A program made the translations under genes and the position numbers. From a virus: a DNA stretch of 64,000 nucleotides. The notes under the pieces were generated by a model, which saw only the letters and a program-made list of their open reading frames with translations, did no database searches and was not told the DNA's origin. Of this stretch, positions 1-8,094 are shown in pieces (the stretch's first letter is position 1; each line of letters opens with the position of its first letter). The stretch spans positions 81,754-145,753 of IMG/VR virus record IMGVR_UViG_3300031857_000028; one strand, 5' to 3'.

Positions 1-883
1 TCTGATTAATGTTTCCATACTGAATATTATCATACGGGATATTTGAAAAGTCGGATACTACACTATTTTCTGAGCCCGACTGTAATACTCCTGCTCCAGA
101 CATTTTATCGTCCACCACCATATAATCAAACCAGACGATTGTATCTTTCGTAAAGATTGGCGAAAATCTAACGATATTGTTTGCTATACTAAAACTATAC
201 TGACTCTTACGAATCATATCGTTGATTTCAATTGCTTGAATACGAAGAAGGTCTTCGTATGCTGGCATCATTACGAAGGTTACCGGTGGTGAGTACCCAT
301 CAAATCCAAATTCACTCATAAGATTGGTTAACCCAAGACCCGTTGTTGCAAATGGGTCATAGTACCGAGCAATCGCAGGTGGCATATTATGATATATTTT
401 TCTGATTTCAATTGTCTTTCCACTTTCACTTACATCTGCCCACAATGTTTTTAAATCATATGCCTGTTGATAGGCAGTTGCTTTAATATATCCTTTTTTC
501 ATAGAAACGTTTCCACCACTCTCAGCTTCTGTACCATAGTGTGCCGACAATTTTACAAGTTGTGGAAGTGGACTACTTACAATATTACGTTGTGTTATAT
601 TTTGAGAGGTACTCATTCCTTGTACTGCCAGCATATATTCACGTGCATTAAACTGATTCACTTGATTACTATATGTGGTAATGGCTTCTTCAAAACAAGC
701 GTAAATTTGTTTATGTGTAAGTTCTACGTCAACCACAGGATATCCCAATCTACGTGCCACAAATGTGGCCAATTGTGGTCCTTCCGTTTGGAATTCTACA
801 TCGTTATCATAAAATCCAAATGGTGTGAGATTATACGGATTTACTGGGTTTTCTTCAAAAACAATCGGTTCACGGTTTTGCAT
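1..883 (-). CDS. Neck/head-completion protein (T4 gp13-like), 3' end truncated by the window edge; absent from the ORF track
   Basis: Manual translation from ATG at 883 gives MQNREPIVFEENPVNPYNLTPFGFYDNDVEFQTEGPQLATFVARRLGYPVVDVELTHKQIYACFEEAI. RRLGxPVxxVE...QIYxC matches the gp13 N-terminus. GAGGG SD upstream; the same frame reads IPYDNIQYGNINQ at the window edge. Confidence 0.8.
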   Translation of the reverse strand, partial: MQNREPIVFEENPVNPYNLTPFGFYDNDVEFQTEGPQLATFVARRLGYPVVDVELTHKQIYACFEEAITTYSNQVNQFNAREYMLAVQGMSTSQNITQRNIVSSPLPQLVKLSAHYGTEAESGGNVSMKKGYIKATAYQQAYDLKTLWADVSESGKTIEIRKIYHNMPPAIARYYDPFATTGLGLTNLMSEFGFDGYSPPVTFVMMPAYEDLLRIQAIEINDMIRKSQYSFSIANNIVRFSPIFTKDTIVWFDYMVVDDKMSGAGVLQSGSENSVVSDFSNIPYDNIQYGNINQ

Positions 884-906
884 AAAAGCCCTCTATTAGA
901 GACATA

Positions 907-914
907 TATAAATA
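907..914 (-). promoter_or_regulatory. Putative late promoter element TATTTATA (coding strand)
   Basis: tataaata on the + strand, 24 nt upstream of the neck gene ATG; recurs before many structural genes. Confidence 0.55.
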
Positions 915-930
915 TCAAATTATTTACTAT

Positions 931-973
931 AAAAATAAAAAGGGTGACCCGAAGGTCACCCAATTTATTTTTT
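931..973 (-). terminator. Intrinsic terminator after the major capsid gene
   Basis: Minus strand GGGTGACC-TTCG-GGTCACCC (942-961) followed by TTTTTATTTTT; A/T tracts on both sides, so possibly bidirectional. Confidence 0.9.
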
Positions 974-992
974 ACGTTACGAAAAAATCGTA

Positions 993-2603
993 TTAGACGA
1001 GTGCAAGCTTGTCGATGTAGATCTTTGCGAAGAATTCCGGACGGACAATCTTCTTGGCATAACGTGTCATCACGCCACGGCGTGGTGTGAAGTTTGCTGG
1101 GTCGTACACAAGTGGTGTCATGATTAATGGAATGTATGGGGCATAGACTGCACCAGTTTCCAAGAACTGATTGCCACGGAAGCCCATGAGCATTACGTTT
1201 TCCGTCATGTATGGGTTCTTGTATACGGTGAAGCGGTTCTGGAATGAACCAATCTTCGTGATACCGGCTGCAAATTCCATCTTGTCACCATCTGTTCCGG
1301 CTGCAAAGCCAGGGATGGTTTCAAGAATTGTTGCAACTGTTGGTGAAACAACTGCAAAGTTTGCACCACCACGCATTGTAAGTTGGTGAATACGGTTTGA
1401 CACCTTTTGCATCTTCTGACCAAGTGTTTGGTACCAGGTCATGTTTGTCCATGCTGTTCCCGTGAAGGATGAAGCTTGGAAGTTTGAACCGTTCCATACT
1501 GAACCAATTTCTGCTGACCAGAAATCAACCGTTGGTGCTGCGTTGATTAACATGTCAAGGATTTCAAGGTCAATTTCCATTGCAACATAGTCTGACAACA
1601 TACTTGTCAATTCTGCTTCTGCATCAACTGAGTGGTATGCGTTCAAGTCTTGTGCAAGTTCTGGTGACCATACTGCCTTCAACTTACGTGTCTTGGCAAC
1701 GATGGTTTCACTCTTGAGTTCCAAATCAATTTCTGGAATGTTGAGGTCTGTACCGTCATCCAATCCCGTACCTGCTGCCGAACCACGAATTGGGTCACGA
1801 TCTTCGAAGTCACCACGAGCTGTGTCAACCGGTTGCTTACTGAATTGTACACTCGTAAGTGTCTTGCCTGACGCCACTGCCGTGTTAACGACGAATGTGA
1901 TGTTTGTTCCATCATACTTGGTGAATTCAGGTAATACTAATGATGCAAAATCAACTCCTGAACCACTTGGTACGAATGAACGAATTGCCAAGTAGTCTGG
2001 GTTTGCAAATGCAGTCTTTGCAACAACGAACTTGGAAAGACTTCCAGTTGCTACGAATGCATCATTATAGTTAACATCGGCAAATGATGCAGATGCTGCT
2101 GATACTGATACCGTATTTGACGTTGCATTGTTGATGGTATAACCAAAACGACCTGCACCATACAAACCACCCGTGTTCGTGTTACCGAATCCGCCCCATG
2201 TTGAAGCAGCTGCAGTACCATAAAGTGATTCGTTTGCTACCTGTCCGTTACGTGTACTTCCGTACTTGAAGTCCATGTAGAAAACCAACCCTGCTGGGAG
2301 GTTCATTGGTTGTACTGAAACGAAGTTCTTTGCTGCAATTGAACCGAAGACCTTACGAACTAATGGAAGTGCTACACCGGCCCATTGTTCGCCGGTTGCA
2401 CCGGCTTGGTTGGTCTTACTGTTTTCTTGGAGAAGTTGTGTTGCTTGGTTTTCAAGCATCACAGCCATACCCTGCTTTTCATATCCCTTCAAGCCTTCCA
2501 AAAGGCCTGAACGTTCCCACTTACCTGCCAATTTACGGGTTTGGTCAATCACATGCTTGTGAGCTGTTCCCGCTTCGTTAATAAAATCTTGTACATCTGA
2601 CAT
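993..2603 (-). CDS. Major capsid protein (T4 gp23-like)
   Basis: LLEG..., MLENQ, LPLVRKVF, VQPMNLPAGLVF, AKTRKLKAVWSPELAQDL..H..DAEAEL, YAPYIPL, FTPRRGVMTRY; AGGAG SD. Confidence 0.97.
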   Translation of the reverse strand: MSDVQDFINEAGTAHKHVIDQTRKLAGKWERSGLLEGLKGYEKQGMAVMLENQATQLLQENSKTNQAGATGEQWAGVALPLVRKVFGSIAAKNFVSVQPMNLPAGLVFYMDFKYGSTRNGQVANESLYGTAAASTWGGFGNTNTGGLYGAGRFGYTINNATSNTVSVSAASASFADVNYNDAFVATGSLSKFVVAKTAFANPDYLAIRSFVPSGSGVDFASLVLPEFTKYDGTNITFVVNTAVASGKTLTSVQFSKQPVDTARGDFEDRDPIRGSAAGTGLDDGTDLNIPEIDLELKSETIVAKTRKLKAVWSPELAQDLNAYHSVDAEAELTSMLSDYVAMEIDLEILDMLINAAPTVDFWSAEIGSVWNGSNFQASSFTGTAWTNMTWYQTLGQKMQKVSNRIHQLTMRGGANFAVVSPTVATILETIPGFAAGTDGDKMEFAAGITKIGSFQNRFTVYKNPYMTENVMLMGFRGNQFLETGAVYAPYIPLIMTPLVYDPANFTPRRGVMTRYAKKIVRPEFFAKIYIDKLALV

Positions 2604-2622
2604 AATTTATATCTCCTGTATA

Positions 2623-3783
2623 TTAGATAATTCCTGCGAGTTCTTGTAGACGACGAGCTACCGTGTTTTCAACGATAACTTCTTTCTTTGGTGCTGTACT
2701 TGGGGTTACTTTTGAAGCAAACCCTTCAGTAACAACTTTCTTACGTGATGATGCAAATGTCTTAGCTGCAGTTGAAAGATTTTCAACAAGTGCCGCATAA
2801 ACAAGTTTCACTTCACGAACATTTGTTGCACGGTCAAATGATTCAACAATACGAATCTTTTGTTCGTTAGTTAGACCTTCCTTACGGAAAATCTTGTTTG
2901 TGAAGAGTAACTTTGAGTTTAATAAGTTAACTTCTTGTAGGCGTTCACGTAGGGTATTAATGACCGAACGATGTTGTGCCAATTCTTTCTTGAGTTCCGC
3001 AAGTTTAGCAGCCATTTCGGTTGATTTGTTCATGTCTTTAGCATGTCCCATGCCAGCGGCATGTTGTTCTTCATCATCGGCTTCAAGTTCTGCAAGAATT
3101 TCTTCAAGATCAATCTCTTGTTCATCATCCGCCATTTCTTCGCCAGATTCCTCTGTTGTAGGAGCCTTTCCGAATTTTGAAACGTCGGATTCTTTCTTTC
3201 CATAACCTTCAGTTTTTGCTGGTACCTTAGGTGCGGCCGGTGCTTCTTCTTCACCTTCTTCCTCACCCTCTTCCTCACCTTCTTCTTCACCTGCATGTTC
3301 GGCTTCTGCAAGACGAGCAATATCTTCTTCTAATTCTTTGATAACTTCGTCAAGGTCGAAATCACTTTCTGACCAGTCATCATACCAGTCAGTATGGCTA
3401 TCATCGACGTTTTCACCTCCATCACCGATAGCTGAAGTGTCAAATGAATCATCTGACGGTTCCTTGTTGTCACCCGTTCCAACCGTTGATGAATCTGCTG
3501 GGAAGTCACTACCACCCTTTGCTTCTGCATCCTGGAATGGGAGTTCCTTTGCGGCTTCATCAGTTGGTTCTTCTGCACCAAATGATTCCTTCTTGATATC
3601 ATCCGTTTCTTCTTTTTCTTCGCCTTCCATTGCTTCCACACGAAGACGGCGCGCAATCATTTCACGAATTTGTGGGGTAATTGCTTCTTCTAATACGAGC
3701 TTTGCATTTGCGACAGCCGTTTCACGAACTGCTTCTGCGTCTGCAATGGCTTGTTTTAAAAGATTGTTGGTAATCTTTGCCAT
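2623..3783 (-). CDS. Prohead scaffolding/core protein (gp22-like)
   Basis: Very acidic, coiled-coil, immediately upstream of the MCP; many LxE/IxE sites; C-terminal RRLQELAGII; AGGAG SD. Confidence 0.8.
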   Translation of the reverse strand: MAKITNNLLKQAIADAEAVRETAVANAKLVLEEAITPQIREMIARRLRVEAMEGEEKEETDDIKKESFGAEEPTDEAAKELPFQDAEAKGGSDFPADSSTVGTGDNKEPSDDSFDTSAIGDGGENVDDSHTDWYDDWSESDFDLDEVIKELEEDIARLAEAEHAGEEEGEEEGEEEGEEEAPAAPKVPAKTEGYGKKESDVSKFGKAPTTEESGEEMADDEQEIDLEEILAELEADDEEQHAAGMGHAKDMNKSTEMAAKLAELKKELAQHRSVINTLRERLQEVNLLNSKLLFTNKIFRKEGLTNEQKIRIVESFDRATNVREVKLVYAALVENLSTAAKTFASSRKKVVTEGFASKVTPSTAPKKEVIVENTVARRLQELAGII

Positions 3784-3792
3784 ATTGTAATA

Positions 3793-3886
3793 CTCCTGTA
3801 AGGAATGAAACAGATATTCTCATCTGTTATTTTGGATATAAAAATTCCCACCAATATTGAACATTAGTGTTTCACTATAATAAATA
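3793..3886 (-). promoter_or_regulatory. Structured leader of the scaffold-MCP transcript with late-type element TATTTATT
   Basis: aataaata at 3879-3886; hairpins at 3849-3869 and 3809-3828; short stem TTCCT-TAC-AGGAG (3793-3805) covering the SD. Confidence 0.4.
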
Positions 3887-3907
3887 TATTACTAATTCTC
3901 AAAAATA

Positions 3908-4123
3908 TCAATTATCGTAATGTTTTTGTCGTGCGGCTCTACGTTCTTCACGTTTTCTACGACGAAGTGCCTCTTGACTCTTAAATTTTTTCTTTTTTGA
4001 TGGTTTTAAGAAATGTTCTCTGTTTTTTAACTCCTGCATAATTTCAGATTTCTTAACCATCTTGGTGAATTGTTTTAATGCTTTATTCAATTCATCCTTG
4101 CCATCGTTAACTTTAATAAACAT
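3908..4123 (-). CDS. rpsU: Phage-encoded 30S ribosomal protein bS21
   Basis: 71 aa, basic; IKV....L.KALK.F.K.V.KS.I..ELK.REHF.KPS...K.K...A.RR is the S21 signature. Confidence 0.92.
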   Translation of the reverse strand: MFIKVNDGKDELNKALKQFTKMVKKSEIMQELKNREHFLKPSKKKKFKSQEALRRRKREERRAARQKHYDN

Positions 4124-4822
4124 TTAATTGCCTTCCTTTGGTTTTGGTAATAAACGACCGTTTTGAACAGTGTGTGTGACAGTTCCATTCTTTCCATATC
4201 GACCAAATTTATAATCCTCTAGCCCCATCTGTTTTGCTTGAATTGCAATCTGTGAGTCTGTGTTGTTGTCTGCGGGATTATTATCTGGTGACGTTGGAGT
4301 TGTATCTTTTTCTTCAGGATGTTCTTTTGCCTGATGAACAAGTAATTTTACTTCTGGGTATTTTTTACGAAGTCCTTCTACTGCTGCTACATTTTTAGGT
4401 GAGTCATCAACAAATGCAACGCGAGTAAATCCAGATTGTATATGTTTTTCTATATAATTTGCTTTTCTCTGCGGGTCAGAACTTCCTATAGCGGCAATAC
4501 TCACACCGGAAGTAATTCCCATCATTTGTAAGAATTGTGCAACGGGCTTAGTATGGCCACGGGCAGTTAATATAGCAATTTTGTCAACTCGTTTATCTGC
4601 TATTGCTCTTTTTAAGAGCTGTACAAATCTACGAATTGGTCTTGGATTTTTTAATTTCTCAAATTCAGAAAAATCAAACTTATCGCCTGGTTCTGGTGTG
4701 TAGACAGCATAATCAGGCGGGTCCATTTCCACAACCTCACCTGACGCTTTTGTGATGATAATCTTTGCATCCGTCTGTGCTAATGTGTCATCAAAGTCAC
4801 TAACAAATAAAGTTTTAGACAT
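4124..4822 (-). CDS. HAD-superfamily phosphatase (resembles the polynucleotide kinase 3'-phosphatase type)
   Basis: Motif I DFDDTL, motif II LTAR, motif III K, motif IV FVDDSPKN; extra C-terminal module shared with 6073..6642. Confidence 0.8.
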   Translation of the reverse strand: MSKTLFVSDFDDTLAQTDAKIIITKASGEVVEMDPPDYAVYTPEPGDKFDFSEFEKLKNPRPIRRFVQLLKRAIADKRVDKIAILTARGHTKPVAQFLQMMGITSGVSIAAIGSSDPQRKANYIEKHIQSGFTRVAFVDDSPKNVAAVEGLRKKYPEVKLLVHQAKEHPEEKDTTPTSPDNNPADNNTDSQIAIQAKQMGLEDYKFGRYGKNGTVTHTVQNGRLLPKPKEGN

Positions 4823-4825
4823 ATG

Positions 4826-5218
4826 TTAATGCGTTAGTATTTTATAAGAAAATGCCACCATTTCATTCAAAGTATGTTGAAAAAAAACACGTTGGTTATC
4901 TTCATTTAACTTATTCACTACCGTCATAATCATGTGTGCAGTAAATATGTCAATTAATTGACCTTTTACATAATTTGGTGTGTTGGTGTTTATAATTTCA
5001 TTCAATGTCATTTTTACATACATTGGATTATTAAAAATCTCATGTAGTTTTTTTACATTGACCGTTGCACCAGTGGCATATTTTTTTGCGTCTTGTGGGG
5101 AAATGGTATTTGCAATCTTTTTAATTTTGGAGTTTACTTTATCAGGAGAAATTTTTCCCATTTGATATGCATAAACTATTTTAAATAATTGCTGTTGTTT
5201 TTTACTAACCGATGGCAT
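4826..5218 (-). CDS. Hypothetical head-cluster protein
   Basis: N-terminal MPSVSKKQQQLF motif typical of small basic proteins of T4-like phages; packed in the operon. Confidence 0.6.
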   Translation of the reverse strand: MPSVSKKQQQLFKIVYAYQMGKISPDKVNSKIKKIANTISPQDAKKYATGATVNVKKLHEIFNNPMYVKMTLNEIINTNTPNYVKGQLIDIFTAHMIMTVVNKLNEDNQRVFFQHTLNEMVAFSYKILTH

Positions 5219-5223
5219 GATTC

Positions 5224-5475
5224 TTATACTTTAGATACTTTACCGGGAACCGGTATAGGTGCGCATGTACCAAATCCTTGTTCATTAATATCCACGCATA
5301 ATAATCCAGGGCAACATCCCGACGTTTCTGTACAGGTGTCACCTAATTTGGCACACGTTGGTGTCGGAATTGGATCTGGATTTGGTGTGATGTCTTCTGT
5401 TTTAGATTTTTTTGTATTGTTGACTATAATCCAACCAATAGTTGCCATTGCAACTACCGCAAGTAATAATAGCAT
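5224..5475 (-). CDS. Small membrane-anchored protein with an inhibitor-cystine-knot-like domain
   Basis: Hydrophobic N-terminus, Pro/Thr linker, C-x6-C-x5-CC-x4-C-x10-C; AGGAG SD at 5482-5486. Confidence 0.65.
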   Translation of the reverse strand: MLLLLAVVAMATIGWIIVNNTKKSKTEDITPNPDPIPTPTCAKLGDTCTETSGCCPGLLCVDINEQGFGTCAPIPVPGKVSKV

Positions 5476-5486
5476 AATAATCTCCT

Positions 5487-6086
5487 TTATTTTACTTCGC
5501 TTAAGAAATCATGAACCAACTTATCAATTGTGTCATACGGTGTTATAATATTACTGCTTACATTTTCATTGATGAATGCACCAAACGTTGATGGATTGGA
5601 AACAATGTCAAAACAAATCAAAGAAAAATCCTCTTGTACTTCTACCGTATTTTCTCCCATTTGACGAACCGACCCCATTCCACGGGATGATACCCCGAGA
5701 CGAATATTATTCTTGATTAGTTCACGAACAATATTTCCTGTTGGAGTGGTGAGAATTTCAATATCTCCACGAACATCATCACCGTCAGGCCACAACCCAA
5801 CGACATTACAACATACATTTTTAAGATTTACAACCGGTGATTCTGGATGATCTAATTCACCAAGTGCTCTTCGTTGACTAACGAAATTTTGCTTGTATAC
5901 TGCTGCTTCTCGCATGAGAATTTCTTTCGGATACACTCGACCGTTTTGATTTTTGGCGTTTGCACGTTGTAATACGACATTGCGAAGAATGAATGGTTTG
6001 TTACCGTCAATGGATTCCATTAACATATTTCTGTCGTAATGCAGTTCGGTATATTCACAGAGTAATGCCATATTATTTACTACCAT
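5487..6086 (-). CDS. Prohead core protease (T4 gp21-like); start may be the ATG at 6071
   Basis: NQNGRVYP, ALGELDHP, LGVSSRGMGS, FDIVSNPST catalytic motifs. Confidence 0.95.
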   Translation of the reverse strand: MVVNNMALLCEYTELHYDRNMLMESIDGNKPFILRNVVLQRANAKNQNGRVYPKEILMREAAVYKQNFVSQRRALGELDHPESPVVNLKNVCCNVVGLWPDGDDVRGDIEILTTPTGNIVRELIKNNIRLGVSSRGMGSVRQMGENTVEVQEDFSLICFDIVSNPSTFGAFINENVSSNIITPYDTIDKLVHDFLSEVK

Positions 6087-6642
6087 CTCTAAAGGTATAC
6101 AGTTTAGTTTTTGGGCTATAATCTAATCCACGATTAAAGTCAATTGAAACCGATCGAGTTGCCTCTGGATTCTCTGGGTCTAGACTGTAGGACGCTACTT
6201 TAAATGCTTTTTCTGGAACGCCCGTGAGCTGTTTCAGTTGGTCACCAGTGAGTCCACCACCTTGCTTCATAGCACTTTGTACCGCAGATGATTTTAATGC
6301 AGTAGTTAGTTTCTGTCGAACTGCCAAACCAACTTTATCTTTCATATCTGCTGGGTCGGATAACTTTGCTGGTCCACCTTGATCGATTCCACGATTAAGT
6401 GGCATGGTAGCTGGATTTCGATTTTTTGGTTGTGTTCGTTTGAACTGTGTGTCAACTGTTTGTAATCGGCCGTCCACGGTTTTTGCCACATATTCACCGT
6501 TTGCGTTTGCCCAACGACCAAAACCAATACTGTGAAGCCCTTGTTGTTTTGCTTGCTGTGCGGCGGCATTCATTTTTCCAGGCAAATAATCACCAATTTT
6601 TTCGTCAACCATCTCTTGAATTAACTCTTTAAAAATTATCAT
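6073..6642 (-). CDS. Putative capsid-internal protein
   Basis: N-terminal MIIFKELIQE tag; AQQAKQQGL..IGFGRW...G....TVDGRL module. Confidence 0.6.
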   Translation of the reverse strand: MIIFKELIQEMVDEKIGDYLPGKMNAAAQQAKQQGLHSIGFGRWANANGEYVAKTVDGRLQTVDTQFKRTQPKNRNPATMPLNRGIDQGGPAKLSDPADMKDKVGLAVRQKLTTALKSSAVQSAMKQGGGLTGDQLKQLTGVPEKAFKVASYSLDPENPEATRSVSIDFNRGLDYSPKTKLYTFRDGSK

Positions 6643-6644
6643 AG

Positions 6645-7151
6645 TTATCCTCGTAATTCACGCAGTCTACGTGCAATTTCAATCAATCGGCCTTCCAATT
6701 TTGTCATTTGATTTTGTGTACGTTTCCATAAACTTTCGTTACTAATACCATACTCATTCTTCAAACGACTGTTGTAATTTAAAACTTTCTCAACCATCTT
6801 TAACTGCTTATTAATTTCAGAAATGGCTTTTCCAATTTTTTGATGAGGAAGTGCTGTCTGGTCATTTCTATATTGATAATAATTTTCAGTCAGTTGATTT
6901 AATTCTGTTCTTAGGACATGCGCATGTTCTTTAAGATTATCAACTTTTTTAGAATCTTCATTTCCACGGTGTGTTAACGTATAGCCAATCTGCTTTGCCA
7001 TAGCTTTTACACGACTAGCATTCATTTGACCAGAACCAGAAAATGCTTTAGGTGATAAATACCCAGCAACATTAGCTGTAGTTGAGATTTCATCTAGTCT
7101 GTCTTCGATATGCTTACGGATAAGTTCTCTCAATCGTTCTTCATTCATCAT
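6645..7151 (-). CDS. Head-cluster hypothetical protein (possible prohead core)
   Basis: Helical; LDE and LTE sites; lies between portal and protease. Confidence 0.6.
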   Translation of the reverse strand: MMNEERLRELIRKHIEDRLDEISTTANVAGYLSPKAFSGSGQMNASRVKAMAKQIGYTLTHRGNEDSKKVDNLKEHAHVLRTELNQLTENYYQYRNDQTALPHQKIGKAISEINKQLKMVEKVLNYNSRLKNEYGISNESLWKRTQNQMTKLEGRLIEIARRLRELRG

Positions 7152-7154
7152 AAA

Positions 7155-8033
7155 TTAACTCAACGAATCCAATTCGTGTGAAATTTCATATGCAATTAAT
7201 AATGCAGTAATATAATTATCTTTTATTGTTGACTTATGTTGTATGTGTTGCAACTGTGATATTACTTCATTAATTTTAATCTTAGTAACGTCATTTTTAA
7301 TTTTATGAGAATTCCTCTGTATCTGCCGTGTCAATGCTTTAGCTTCTTCTGCAACATAATTTTTAAACTTCTCAAGGTCCGTCCCGTTATTAATGTATTC
7401 ACGTAATAAAGTTTTTTGTTTGTCACTGAAGTTACTATACTTTTCATTGAATCGTTCTAATAAAAATTTATATGACAAGTATCTAATTTCTTCCGGCTGC
7501 TTCTTCAAAACTTCGGAGTATGTACTTTCTTTAATTATTTTTTCTTCTTTAAGTTCACCCTTTAGGTGCTCTACAACAACAAACCGTGCAGAAACCATTT
7601 CATCAATCTGCATAAACATTGAGGAATCTGTTTCTGAACGGTTGGTTGTTTCGAACAATTTATAGACCGATGCATACACTTTGTACGACGGGACTCTACC
7701 TGCCATAAATTGTTTCAAGTCACACTGTTGTTTTATTTCTTTAATAAGTAAGAATTTTTGTGCATTTAATAATTTTTCATTGAGCGTTTTACGTCTCTGC
7801 AAAATTATATTGAGCATATCCAAAGCTTTATTTTCAGACAACTTGGTCGTATTGAAAAACGTACGATATAGTTGTAATTCTTTTCCTAGTTCGGATTTAG
7901 AATGAAAATGTTCTCTCATAAGCTTTACCGCAAAACTATCGGACTTTCCATCCAATACGTCTGCAGCTACTTTTCTTACAAGTAGTTCGAACAAAATGCC
8001 GGTGTTACGTAATTTATTGTGTTTGATGTTCAT
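7155..8033 (-). CDS. Head-cluster hypothetical protein
   Basis: IKHNKLRNTGILFELLVR N-terminus; directly downstream of the portal; TACTTATA element at 8070-8077. Confidence 0.65.
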   Translation of the reverse strand: MNIKHNKLRNTGILFELLVRKVAADVLDGKSDSFAVKLMREHFHSKSELGKELQLYRTFFNTTKLSENKALDMLNIILQRRKTLNEKLLNAQKFLLIKEIKQQCDLKQFMAGRVPSYKVYASVYKLFETTNRSETDSSMFMQIDEMVSARFVVVEHLKGELKEEKIIKESTYSEVLKKQPEEIRYLSYKFLLERFNEKYSNFSDKQKTLLREYINNGTDLEKFKNYVAEEAKALTRQIQRNSHKIKNDVTKIKINEVISQLQHIQHKSTIKDNYITALLIAYEISHELDSLS

Positions 8034-8094
8034 ATGTTATCCGTATTAGACGAGTAAACAACCACCATATATAAGTAAATATCTAGAAACATTA

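Noticed and set aside
467-1090. 207-aa + strand ORF in the track
   Set aside because: Antisense to the real neck-protein gene and the MCP end, crosses the terminator, and has no recognisable motifs
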